The position numbers and the translations under genes are program-made. Below, piece after piece: positions 36,922 through 49,934 of a DNA stretch of 64,000 nucleotides (position 1 is its first letter; every line of letters starts with the position of its first letter). The notes under the pieces were generated by a model that worked only from the letters and a program-made list of their open reading frames with translations, did no database searches and was not told the origin of the DNA. The stretch comes from Eledone cirrhosa (Eukaryota), in NCBI GenBank assembly GCA_964016885.1, contig OZ024740.1, positions 223,572,001 to 223,636,000 of the forward strand. The letters run 5' to 3'.

Positions 36922-37173
36922 TGTGGTTAGAAAAAGCTACTTCACTTACCGCTTATCGCTGGCACCGCTAATCCAATGGCTGGTCTCTCCTCTCCCACGT
37001 GCGTACAATCCAACTCGTTAACCGGGAGCTCCAAAACTGACGTCCACCACGTTCACTGACCACCTAAGAGAGAGGCAGATCTGCTGGCCCTTCCGGTCGA
37101 GCACCCTTCCGGTCAAGCACCGTTCCGGTCGAGCACTCCCCAGGCTCCTGCCACCGCACACCATACCCCCACA
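36922..37173 (-). repeat. 5' LTR (252 bp)
   Basis: Direct repeat of 32946-33215 with more than ten substitutions; three internal 16-bp units. Confidence 0.92.
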
Positions 37174-37219
37174 CACACACATATATATATATATATATAA
37201 ACGTTTGTATATGTATAAT

Positions 37220-37406
37220 TGTTTCTGCTTTAGGCACAAGGCCAGCAATTCACCAGTGCATTACTGGTACTTTATTTTATCGACCCCGTAAGGATGAAAG
37301 GCAAAATCAACCTCGGCGGGATTTGAACTCAGATCGTATAGTGACGTAACTATGCTGGAAAGCATGGCGTCCGACGCTCTACCGATACTGACAATCCACC
37401 GCCTAT
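37220..37406 (-). mobile_element. SINE family A with 17-bp target-site duplication
   Basis: gtttgtatatgtataat at 37203-37219 and 37407-37423. Confidence 0.9.
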
Positions 37407-37429
37407 GTTTGTATATGTATAATAAAGCC

Positions 37430-37871
37430 AAAACAATGCAGGTATGGACATAGAATAAAGAATGCAAATGCCAAAGTTATTGTTGACAATTAGTCTTTTA
37501 CCTTAGATTTATTTAAATTTCCTTAATTTTCGAGATAATATCTCTTCTTCGGAGGGAAGTAAAGCGGTTAAACCAGCGTTCTAAATAGCTTGCCAAGTTA
37601 TGCTGACAGGAAATGGTATAGAGTATCTGTTCTATCTCTAATGTCAAAGAGTTAAGGTTAGGTGGATAAAGAGTAGTTTCCCTTTAAAAGGGTTTTTATT
37701 GTACATGCCTGTTTAAGTGTGTGGGAGAATGCGTAAAGGTGTAAGTATGTGTGTGTGTCTGAGTGTTAGAAGATATGTCTATACGTAAATGTGGGGGATA
37801 GATGTTATCTCGTGTTAGAACTGGTCTTTGTGTGTGTATGTGTGTGTGTGAGAGAGAATAAGTGGAGGTGT

Positions 37872-37944
<73 letters not shown>

Positions 37945-38630
37945 CGTGTGTGCGGGAGGGCGTTGTAAATATGGGGCTAGATGCTCTATCAAGTTATAAA
38001 TTGGGTGTTGAGTTCTAGTCTATTATTGATTGGTGGTTGTGTTTTGTCTATAATTAGTGCTTCCTTAATTCTAAGATTGCCGAGGTTTCTTTCATTAGTT
38101 TCTATCCTAACTGTTATGGTTTTGTCGGTGTTTTTGCATTTAACTAGGTGTTTCTTAAATGAGGAAGCGTTAGTATTGAGGTGTTCTTTTATTCTTATGT
38201 GGAGTGGTCTGGTGGTGCTACCTACGTAGAAGTTGCTGCATTTGTCGCACTCTAGTCTGTATACGACGTAAGCCTGGTGGCATAGGTCTGTGTCGTTGAT
38301 GGGGTAGTTGGCTATCCTGCAGCGGTTGTCATGTCTGGTGGAATGTCTTTTTGTTAGCTATCCGCGTAGAGAAGGCCCTGAGTGGGCCAGTTGGATATCT
38401 AGTCCCTCTCGTCTGATAGCTCTGCGGATGGCTGTTGTTGTTTCGTCACTGAAGTGTGGGAGCTTCAGGAAGTAAGTGTTAGTGCCTCGGGTGTGGTGTC
38501 CTCTGTTCTTTCTGGCACGGTTTGTGGTGGATGTCGTGTATCCGTTCAGTTTGAGTACTTCCAGGAAATGTGTGGTGTGTGTGTCTCTAGCGTCGGTGCA
38601 TTTGTTCCGGATACGTGTAGTTCGTTCCTT
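37430..38630 (-). mobile_element. 5'-truncated PLE (thumb/linker plus GIY-YIG, pLTR with minimal hammerhead at 37518-37558)
   Basis: LKLNGY..LKLPHFSD..GPSLR*..CHQAYVVYRLECDKCSNFYVGSTTRPLHIRIKEH..LRIKEALIIDKTQPPIN. Confidence 0.85.
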
Positions 38631-38880
38631 ATATATATATGAAAAAGTATGACCCCGACATATCAACTAGAAATTGATTGACACATATATATATATCTAA
38701 AATAAACATGAAACAATCACAGGGAATAATTTTTAAAGTGTGTAAGCACACACAGCTAGGTAGTTAACTAATTAAAGTTTAACTAGAACTTCAAATATAG
38801 ATACTTTTAAAATGGATATGGCGCATGTCTCTCGGATATAACACCCTTAATTTAATTTTCGATATATATATATATATATA

Positions 38881-39330
38881 TATTATAATAGAATATAAAA
38901 GAAAAAGAAACACAGATATATAGATACATGTTCAAATCGCAAGGGACCTGATTCGCTAAGGTGAAAAGAATACTAATTATAGACAATTGGATTAGCTTGT
39001 CTCAATTTTTAAAAAAATTAAGAAAATAAATACAAACCGGAATTGTGGTAACTACCAATCACCCAGACAACTTGTTGTTGTTTCGCAAAGTTAATTGTGA
39101 ATAGAAATACTAATTCCTGTTTGTAATTATTTTCTTAATTTTTTCTTAAATTGAGACAAGCGAACCCAATTGTCTATAGTTGGTATTCTTTGAACACATA
39201 TATCTATATATCTGTGTTTCTTTTTCTTTTATATTCTATTATAATATACGGCTCAGAAATATCTCTTTCTTAGAGCTATTTTGTTGTAAGAGACTATTTT
39301 GAGTTCCTAACTCAATAAATACCTTTAATA
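38881..39330. mobile_element. Foldback derivative of the 30002-30537 pLTR family
   Basis: 38881-39030 inverts 39128-39246; the tail aatatacggctc..gtaagagactat..ctaactcaata is shared with 30450-30530. Confidence 0.8.
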
Positions 39331-39417
39331 TATATATATATATTGTTATACTAGGGGAGGGTCATATTTGTGTAATGTTGCCAGAATTAATAACAGAACA
39401 CACTCACTATTTGGTTG

Positions 39418-39760
39418 GTGGGAAAGGAGACTTAAAGATCTCCTTAATGAGAGCTCCATAGACCTCATCATGTACTCTCGTTACGTAGACGATATCAATA
39501 TAGTTATAAGAACATCCCCAGTAGAGAGCACTAACAAGTTTGATTTAGAACGTAGCACAATGGAAAGCATCCAGCAGATAGCTAATTCCATACACCAGAG
39601 TATAACTGTAACCATCGACTACCCTTCCAAACACCCTAACAATAGACTACCTGTATTAGACACGGAACTCTGGATTAACACTATAGACGAGAGAGCCCAA
39701 ATTCTCCACTCACACTATGCTAAACCCATGGCCTCCAAATACCTGATACTCAAAAAGTCA
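39418..39760 (+). mobile_element. PLE reverse-transcriptase fragment (different clade from 25100)
   Basis: YSRYVDDINIV..ANSIHQSITVTIDYPSKHPNNRLPVLD..HSHYAKPMAS. Confidence 0.75.
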
Positions 39761-39797
39761 GTTAAAATATATTTTTCAGCTCTTGTCTTATACGGAG

Positions 39798-39845
<48 letters not shown>

Positions 39846-39890
39846 CTCTTTGTATGTTAATGTACGCGTGTGTATGTGTGTGTGTATATA

Positions 39891-39921
<31 letters not shown>

Positions 39922-39949
39922 ATGTGTGTGTGTGTGTGTGTGTGAGTGG

Positions 39950-40862
39950 ACCAGTATTTTTGTGATACTGGTAAAAATAGTGTACATTATTCGATATTTT
40001 CAGTAAAAACGATTCTCTCAATAGAACATCAAAAACCTTAATAATAAAAGGTGTGAAATGATATATAGTATTGGCATAAGACCAAGATGTGTGTGAGTGT
40101 CCAGATTTTACGTACTGCAAGGGGAATCCATTAGGCCTTGCGGTATTGGAATACTTGTGTACAAATATGTTTGTGCCCATCAGCGTGCAATGCATGTGTG
40201 CGTATATGTATGTGTGGGTGTCGGCACGTTTATATCTATAGACATCAAAAGGTATGCAAATTTGTGTATATTTGTGTTGCACCATAGAACATGTGTGTTT
40301 ACGTATGTCATTGTGTTTATATGTGGATAGAGATGTATGTAGGATGTATGCTGATGTAGGTATGTATGTTGACGTGTGTATGTTGTGGGTTCGTCTTAGG
40401 GAGAAGTGTTTAGACGGGGTCCGTATTTGTTAATAAAGTGAGATTCCTTGCTGATGCGCTGGGTGTGGGTGGCATTATCTTTAAATTTGTAGAGGGGAAA
40501 GATTCTAAAGTTGGAATGATTTTGGGCGGCACAGGTATCAATGTGTTCACTCAGTGGTATTTTCCTGTATTCTCGTATTTTAATTTGGGATCTATGGACA
40601 GTCATGCGTTGCCGGAGGCTGTTTTTGGTCTGGCCTATGTATTGTTCTCGACAACCTGAGCAAGTTAATACATATATTAGATTTTCTGATGCGCATGTGA
40701 AGTTGTGTTTTACTATAAAACGTTGTCCTTCTTTGAAATAGAATTCCGAACCCTCTATTAGGTTGATGGATATGCCACAGTTGGGTCTATCGCATTTTTT
40801 TACTGTGGGTTTCGTTGTTGTGGTTGGCAATACTTTGGCATGTGTTAGGATGTTTTTCATTG
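39950..40862 (-). mobile_element. 5'-truncated PLE with open GIY-YIG domain (40396-40860), same family as 20513-22140
   Basis: KCDRPNC..FTCASENLIYVLTCSGCREQYIGQTKNSLRQRMTVH..KESHFINKYGPRLN. Confidence 0.88.
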
Positions 40863-40868
40863 ATAAAA

Positions 40869-40908
<40 letters not shown>

Positions 40909-41110
40909 TTTTATCAAAGTCTTAAACATGCTGACATAGAGAATCATAGTCTTTATTGAATTTAACCAAAATCGATGGTGAACATTCAATATACTTTGAT
41001 TCTCAGAAACAGATCTGTTTATAATTGGATGGCCATATTTGGAAGTACGTTATAACATGATTTTTATGTGAGTAGTGTTTTATTTAACACCTATACATAT
41101 TGCTTTACAT

Positions 41111-41141
<31 letters not shown>

Positions 41142-41197
41142 AGTATTATTTGCTAGTTTGCTTCTCAACTTATATCACGTATATCGATAAATATATA

Positions 41198-41198
41198 C

Positions 41199-41297
<99 letters not shown>

Positions 41298-41341
41298 TAG
41301 AGAGAGAGAGAGAGAGAAAGAGAGATAGAGAGAGAGAGAGA
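41198..41341. repeat. (GA)n microsatellite
   Basis: Seen directly. Confidence 0.95.
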
Positions 41342-44300
41342 TGAGTGTGTTTTCCACTCAATCAATATCATGTGACTTAGAATATTCATTTGCTTGAACA
41401 ACTCTGTTGAGATTTGCACCATTGTAGTAATAATCATTGTTGTTTATCAAGTTTAAACACACAAATACACATACGTATAATTGTGTAAGTGTAATGTGCA
41501 TGCTAATATTTCATTTATTTGGAAAATTTATTAAATAAATTAGTATTTTGATGCTTTGTTTGCCTTGCTACGTAGCATAGAGTTTCTGATGAAATATTAC
41601 AAATTAAGATTCGTTTTGTATAAGGAAAACAAGAAAGCTTAATATCTATATTAATTTGTTTTGCTATATTTGAAAAATTCTTTAATATGTTGGTATTATT
41701 ATCAGCAAAGATGAGCTACAGTAAGTTTATAGGTTTGATAGAGATCATCGATATGTTAGAAATAGCTGTTGTTTAAATATTAGCTTGAATGGCAGGATGA
41801 TTAATGTATATATTATCACAGAAACAAACCAAAACTTTATCTATAATGTAACTATATATCTCCCTTCTGACGTAAGCAATTATGTACAGAATAAGCCACT
41901 CAGAAGAACGTTCATTACTTTCTACATTAAGATGGCATTATATTATACTGCAATGATAGGTATTGATTCCACCAGTTTTGATTAGAGGATTTATATAATC
42001 TATTTAATTGAAATTCGCTGAAGCTTTGAATTTAAATTATATTTATTTTAGTGGATGGTAGTAACAAATATGTTTCTTTTCTTTTTTTTACATTTGAATG
42101 GTAAATATGTGCTTATATATTTGTAAACAGAATATGTGTGCATACAGGACATATACAAGGCTAATGGAAAATGAACAAAAATTAGCAGTTGTAATCCAAA
42201 CCTATACCTTCTTTAACCCTTTCATTGCCATATTTAATAAATTATGAAAATAATCAGGAATATCATAGGGTTTAACAAAGTAATTTTCTCATTATTAAGC
42301 TAGTTTTTGGAATTTGTACTTAAAAGTGTGATGTAAGGTTTTGGATAAATACGGAAACTTGAACCTAAGAAACAGGGGTGGTTTCAGTTGGTCTTGTATC
42401 AAAAGTGTTATGCGCTTATATTTTCCACTTGAATAACATGCTGCGGAAATGTGATTATTATATTATCGTTGTGTAGCTTGAAAATTGCCAGTTGTAATAT
42501 AATTGAATCTTTTATAACCTTAGTTAACAGGAGTAATAAAATTGAGAATGTAGTAGTTTCAATTATAACCTAAAACTCATTATTACCGTTATTTTCTTCA
42601 TCTGGTTAGTTTTTAAATATTCATTCTCATTCTTTCATAAGTTACAACTAAAACGTTCATAAGCTGACTGTGAAAAATTGATTCTAGAGCTGTATAATCT
42701 CGCATGCATTAATTTCAACCCTTCTTATTAATAAATTCATTGTTTCTTTCTAGGCACTGTGTTGAAAAATAAACCTCATTTTGTCATTCCATGTGTGTAT
42801 TTGGATCAGCCTATGGACCTTTCAGCCAACCCTCATATATTTAAAATGTTTATTTGCCAATAAAGTTGCTGGAATTATTGTATCCAAGTGATTGTTCTGG
42901 AACTATTTAAAACAGGAAAAAAGATACAAAATGAATTGTTCAATTAGAATTTAAATCCAATATCGGTTTACTTATCATATACTATGTACCTACGTTATAT
43001 AGCTGACTGTTTAACACATTTGTTTCTCAACCATGACATACGGATTCAATCCCACCATGTAGCATTTTGAGCAAGTATCAATTCAAGCTTTGTGAGTGAA
43101 ATTGGGTTGATGGAAACTATATAGAAGCTCATTGAATAAATTCTATATGTAATTCAAGCAATCAGCTTTGTCACATATTGTTCCATGCTGATTTGGAGAA
43201 TTACATTGAGGGTAGATATGTGTGGAATACTCAATCGGTTTCCATGTACATTCATGAGTTGGATGTTCAATTGATTGAACAATTGAAACCATCAGAATAT
43301 ACATCATCATCATCATCAGTAACACAATACATAGCTATATCACATATGCTGAGTTGATGGAACCATATTCTGCTATAAATCACGTTGCAACATACTTGTA
43401 GCAATGTAATGAATTGCAATTTTCCTTACACTATTTCCCTTTTCTTATATATATTTAATGCTAATTTGTTTTAATTTTTTGATTTTATTGTTTATTTTTT
43501 CACCTTTAGTTTCTCACTCGTTAACGTATTTCTTGCCAGTTCCTTGACAGTCATAGAAAATTATGGGCCCTATTGTCTAGATACAAGCAATATTTTCTGA
43601 TTCTAATGTTCACAATTATTTATTCTTCATATGCTTCTATTTTCAACATATACACTGTCATATCATTTTGTTTTTTTGGGGTTTTAAGCATATTTTTTTC
43701 TCTTAAAAATCAATGTTCTTGTTGAAGAAGAAAATCCAAGAAAGGGCTGTTGTTGACTGGCATTTTTTAAAAAGTACACCTCTTAATTTATTTGCAATAA
43801 GTAATTTTTCCCTTTTTTATGATTAAACTATTTTCATTAAAAGTTGTGAGTCGCAAGCATGTTTATGTTTACAATATTTATGCTTTACAATATTTATCCA
43901 GGAAATATACTTTCCAACTCACTCAGAAACCGATATAATGACTTTCTGTCTGTGTATATAGGATTGATTAAGATATATTGTGTACATGTGTCTAACTAAT
44001 ACATGAGGTATTTCTGCCAGAGATTTCAACAGTGCTTTTTTTTTTACTCATTATTACTATTGATTCTTCTTACATATAAAGCTACTTCACTGATTTTAAG
44101 AGTTTTAGCGAACATTTGTTCAAATGTTTGATTCAATTCAGTTTTTCAAAGTTTGAACCTTCATCAAACTTTATTATGAGAACCAAATCATTGAGGTGAG
44201 AATGCATACATTTTGTGTACATGCTTCAAGGATTAGAATTAAATAGCTAAGACTTAAGTATTGTTAAGATTTTCTCAGCCAGATTGGAAGTGGTATCAAG

Positions 44301-44489
44301 ACTGGCAGGTGTAGAATCAGTCAGCTGGAATTTGCAGACAACATGGTAATACTTAACTCGTTGGAAGGTGATCTCGGTAATACTTAACTCGTTGGAAGTG
44401 GATGCACTTGGTAGGTTTGCTGCTGAGTGCTGCACGCAAGAATGGAAATCAGTACTGTGAAAACTGAGAAACTGGCCCTCTCAACGAAG

Positions 44490-45128
44490 CCAGCACAGTG
44501 AACTATACATGTAAATAAAGTTCCACTGAAGCAGGTAGAAAGTTCAAGTATCTCAAGGATTTATTCATGAGTGATGGAAGGCATGAGGTTGAATTAAGTA
44601 CAAGAATTACAGGATCTGGTGCAGTAATGTGCCAGCTTCAGCATTCGGTAAACTGAAGAAGAGTGGTAGGTGTAAAAACCAAATTCACTATCTACAATTT
44701 AGTATTCATGCCAATATTTACCTATTGTCATGAATGTTGGGTAATAAATGACAGAATATAATCGCAAATACAAGCAGCTAAAATAGGGTTCCACTGAAAC
44801 GTCTTTGGAGCAACATTCGGTAGAGTGCATAACTAGATGAGGGAGTTGCTTGAGGAAGGAACACTACTTTTCTGAATTAAGAGATCACAACTCTGGTATT
44901 ACGGACATGCTATAAGAATGTCTAAGGAATGCATGCTTTGCTAAACAGTTAGGAGACCCAGGTATAGAATCTGGGCAAGAGCGTTGGATATCATCTCTGA
45001 GCTAAGCTGGTCTCACTTGGGAATCCAGTCGGATCAATTGGAGACAGTTGCTTCTGATAGGTTGCACAAGAATGGCTGCAGGAGGACACTGTCCCCGTGA
45101 AGATGAAGAAGATGAAGTAGAAGATGGC
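44490..45128 (+). mobile_element. Decayed RTE-clade LINE 3' fragment
   Basis: LKQVE..KYL..MSDGRHEVELSTRITGSGAVM..IYNLVFMPIFTYCHECWV..SQIQAAKIGF; gaagatgaagaagatg tail. Confidence 0.7.
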
Positions 45129-48100
45129 TTTTGTAAGAAAATATTTTTGGTTTAACCTCTTGTGCTTTGGATCCCCAAACTATCAACTGCTATTAGAATG
45201 GTATTAGCCATCCACAATAATGGGCCCTTGTCAGTTGTAATGGCCTTTTCAGCCCACCTCCCTTGCTAACGTCAGGGGTAACACCATTTAAGTTCTGTCC
45301 CCTGGAACTGTGAGCCAACATCCACCGAAGGTTCTGTAAATCAGAGAGGTAGAATGAGCAAATGGAAGAATGTGAAACCTTCATTAGTTGGTTTATTCTG
45401 TTACTGTTAGTCACTGCATAAATACAATACAAATAAAGCAAAATATACAATAAAATAATTCATTCAGTTTTCTCCCTCTCTTTCAATATCAAATGATGAA
45501 ATGAGATACTGTATTGCATATTAAATCCAATAGTAGATAACATTTTATAATTTTCACTAAATGCTTATTTACTTTGTAAGTAATTTTTCATTTGTTTTCA
45601 TGCAAGTAGACAAATGAGTGTTATAATTTATGAACTATTATTTGTCTAGTAGATTCTTTATATACTTTTAATATTAGCTTAGTCATTTATTCCGGGGGTT
45701 TGTTTCATTTCAAGTCAAAGCTTAAGGGTATGCTTCTAGTATTAAGGCATACAACTTAGTCATGAGTTTGCCTAACAATGAGAACTTTGTTTTTGAGTAA
45801 GAGACTATGTTTGCCATCATTTCAGCCCACTCAGCTGGGAGAATATGTGTTCTATCTGTTATTCAAAAGTTTAGCCTTATCATATAATGTATCATGTTGA
45901 ATCTCCCTGAGCAATTCATAAATGGTACATGTGCCTGATAAATGCTCAGCCATGTACTGGTTAATTCCATTAGCAGACTCTTCAATTGGAACCCTCATCA
46001 TCGTAATCGATAGAGACCCAAGACTTACACATATTTCTTGCAAACGATACACAGTAAATATTTCTCTTCACTTTAACTACACTAACAAGGGTAACATTAA
46101 AAACCCATATCTTCATCTTAATCATTCGTTGATGGATATCACTGAGTATGAATTCCTAAGCTAAAAATATAGCACTTTTAATTCTTATGTTTGTAAAATG
46201 AATAATTTGCCTGGGTTTTAGCATTGTATTGCTAGTAGCAGAATGGGCTTTTGAATAATTAAGTTGCTTGGAATTTTAAAATTTGAAAGATAAGGATTGA
46301 GTTAAGAAGCTTAATACCAACATATACAATACATGTTTATAAGCAATTGGCATGGTTCGTCTTTGTTAAGCAATATCAGAATAAACTCTATATTCTTTAG
46401 ATGATAAAATACATATTCAGGATATGTATAGCATTACAACAAATGTACACTTGTATACACATTAATGAAGAATCCTTACTACAGGTGAAAATGTGGAATT
46501 GGGCAGGATTTAGCATGTCTCTAAAGTGATATTGAAGTAGTATTAATGAGGGCCAAAATTATTAACTGTTTCTTGCAAAATATAAAAATTAGTTTGTCAG
46601 ATCAGCAGTTCCAAGCCTAAGGAGTTGGATCCCTGCAGCTTCACAAAAGTCATACTAACAAATGTTCACAATTTTAAGCGCTTTTTTAAAAACACAAACA
46701 TTTTTCTCTTTTGAAATGTATTCTCATCGCAGAAAAATCCGGTTGGGATCATGTGAAAACCCAGTTATATAAAGAAAGTTATTGGTAGTGAAAAGGTCAG
46801 AAACCATTGTAGTAAATGAAAATATGCCTTGGACTGTCAGGCAATAATGTAGAGAAAAGTCAAGTAGTAGTTTAGGCTTTACAAAGTTTGAGTTCATATT
46901 TCAAGGATGTCTGATAAATGTTTGATGTTGCTAAGTTTCACACAGACACTTCTTTAGTTGGCCTCACATGAGGTTGCATCTCGTAGGTGGTATCGTGAAT
47001 GTTTTAATGACAGGAGCTTTACTCCTGGTACATGTCAAGTTTACTGTGGTTATTTCATTGACTCTCAGAAATAGGTAGCAGACTACCTGGAAATGTTAAC
47101 ATTTTTAGAACATTACATTTCATATCGTTGTTGAAAATCAGACGTTAAAAGAATGACTGAATAATACAATTATTTAGCTACATAATAAATAAAATCAATA
47201 CGATGACAATAGGTATGGATATTTGTTGCTTTTCATGTTGAGAATTTTGTTAAAAAGCTACTTTTTTGCCATTTATTATATTTGAAATATTTTATGCCAA
47301 AAATAATATATCTTCCATTACATCAAGAAGCAACAAAATTGTATACTATAAGTTGCAGCTCTGAGTAAAATTAATATTACATATAGTATAAGAAGTTTAG
47401 AACATCTTCAATCATGAATGACTACTTATTGTCAATATTTACTAAAAATCATTTGTAATTCAATTATCAGATGCAACTAAAAACTGTATTGAGAGTCTCC
47501 TTAATTATATGCTTAAATTGAATATATTAAGAACAGAAAGTCATAATCAAGAAAATAAGTCATTAAAATTTGCTGATTACATGTCTAGTTCCAGTGGAAA
47601 GAATGTCATTACAGACATATACATTAAATCTATTGTAATAAGTTGATGGACGTAATTTCTTGAATTTCCAGAAGCAATTTAATTTGTAATTTTTATTGAT
47701 TAATAACGTTGGAATTATTAAAATAATAACGCAAATGTAAGTGTGTACACTTGTTAGATAAGAAATATTATTTAACTCGAAAGTTTTAATATCACTCTGT
47801 GAACTAACTTTTCTGATACCTAACTGCCTGAAACTGTCCATGGTTTTATGTTATAAAATTGTTTCAAAACGTTTTAATATAACTTTACACACTCCATCAT
47901 AATTGTATGTTTTAAATTCTGTTTCAAACACCAGGTTAATAATGGAAAGTATGTTAAATTACTAAATCCATCCAGGATTTTGATTATTTTCAAAATTAAT
48001 TCAAAATTATAGGCAACATGAAATAGTTAACAATTCAGATATCTATTTTCCTAACATACATGGTTCAGTTATTTTCTTATTTGTTGGTATTTTGTCATCA

Positions 48101-48537
48101 TTTTACATCCATTTGTTCAAGCTTGTATGAGTTGGATTGCTGTCCCCAACACAGCGTTATACCACATGTATTAATCCCATGTTAGAATAAAACAAACTTA
48201 TACTCCTTTAAAACAATGTTGCCTTGTTCCCAAGAAAAGCACCAGTATATGTACAATTGGCAATAGTAGCAGCCGTTCTATTCAAGATTATAAATACAGA
48301 TCGTAACGTACATCGTAATAACAATATTAATAATATTGCTTTTTAATTAAGGCACAAAGTCAGCAAATTTATGGTATACGGCAACGATATTTAGATCAAC
48401 ATCAATACGTGAGTGGTAGTTTATATTATTGATAACCAAAATATTGAAAGGAAAATTATCAGAACAATAACACAATGGTATTTTGTCCGACACGCTACCA
48501 ATTCCACCACACTAACTTATTAATATTAATAACATTA

Positions 48538-48721
48538 AGGGCGGTGGATTGGCAGTATCAGTAGAGGGTCGGACGCCATGCTTTGACCCATAGAGTTACG
48601 GCCCTTGCCATTCTGAGTTCAAATCCCGCCGAGGTTGCCATTCATCCTTACGGGGTCAATAAAATAAAGTACCAGTAATGTATTGGTGAATTGCTGGCCT
48701 TGTGCCAAAAATAGAAACAAT
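48538..48721 (+). mobile_element. SINE family A, full length
   Basis: ggcggtggattggcagtatcagtagag..gagttcaaatcccgccgagg..agaaacaa. Confidence 0.88.
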
Positions 48722-49934
48722 TAATAGTTGTATGAGTAGCACTTGCGATAATAATTGGGACATTAGTTGTTTTGATGGGGGTAGGTCATTATAAATGGTA
48801 CCAGTTGTGGTAAAGTATTAGTCTAACAGAGACAATGGGCTGGCAGTTGCATTAGAGCATCGGATATAATGCTTTACACTATTTGTTCTCTCTGACTTCA
48901 CATTTCGACAATGTTATCTTTGCCTTTCATCCTGCCAGGGTCGATAATATAACGTACTAGTTAAGTATTCAGGTCGATATCATCGTCTTCCCACTTCCCC
49001 AAATTTTATTGACCTTGTACAAATGCGAGAAATCATTATTAGCCTATTAGTAAAAAAGGTCACAGATGCATGTTGAAATTTAAGTATCTCTTATCTTTAT
49101 TAGACAGTTTGCTTTTGAGCAGTATCATAATTTTACAGAAAATGTATATTCAATCAAAAGACGAAATGCTGAACAAAATTAAAATATGTTCCAAAATTAA
49201 AATATATCCCAGATATAAAAGACACATTTTCAGTTTGGCAGAAAAGAATATAGGTGTGATAATCCTAATCGACAAAATACAATTATTTTTACACATAAGA
49301 TGGCTTCAATTTTGGCGTCAAGAATATGTGAGAAACTTTAAATGTTGTTGAATACTGTAATAAACACAAGTATTCTACAAAAAGGTGTTAATGAATTAAT
49401 AAAGCATATATATATTTACTTTAGTGTGTAAATATGTGTACGCATGCATATGTTCCTGATGAATATGGAGCTATATATATATATATATATATGAATGATA
49501 AAATTGTATCTGTACATATACAGAATAGATGAAATGACATTGCGTGAAAGTGCATATTCAACACATTGTTAGCATATAGACATGTAAACATACCAAATGT
49601 AAGTATTTCACAGTAAATTAAAAATTCTTTATAAATATCGTTAACCGGCTTTCAAGCCTAGATGGGCTTTTATCAGAAAGCATGTATATGATTTAAACAA
49701 CTACAAGGAAAGACGTAATCGGAGGGCTTGTAGAGCCCATCTCCTTTAATTATATCTTAAAATGAACGTTTTTATTTGAATGTTAGTAGCGCTTATGTTG
49801 GTAGATATTGAGGATATATATTAAGTTGCACGCTAGGCAGCCGGGGTATATGTTAAAGTTATATCTTTATAAATGCGAATAGGAATTTACACATTTGTGT
49901 AATATAGACATATAATGACAATCAATAGACATGT

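Larger units (their letters stand above)
32946..37173 (-). mobile_element. Full-length decayed LTR retrotransposon, gag-PR-RT-RH-IN order (Ty3/Gypsy-like)
   Basis: Two TG..CA LTRs, polypurine tract, all domains recognisable, several stops and frameshifts. Confidence 0.95.

Noticed and set aside
45193-46164. Short minus-strand ORFs 45193-45450 and 45852-46052
   Set aside because: No recognisable domain or consistent exon chain.
49639-49680. Minus-strand CUGAUAA-AAGCC..GGCUU-GAAAGCCGGUU
   Set aside because: G8A substitution and weak stem I; probably a dead pLTR motif.
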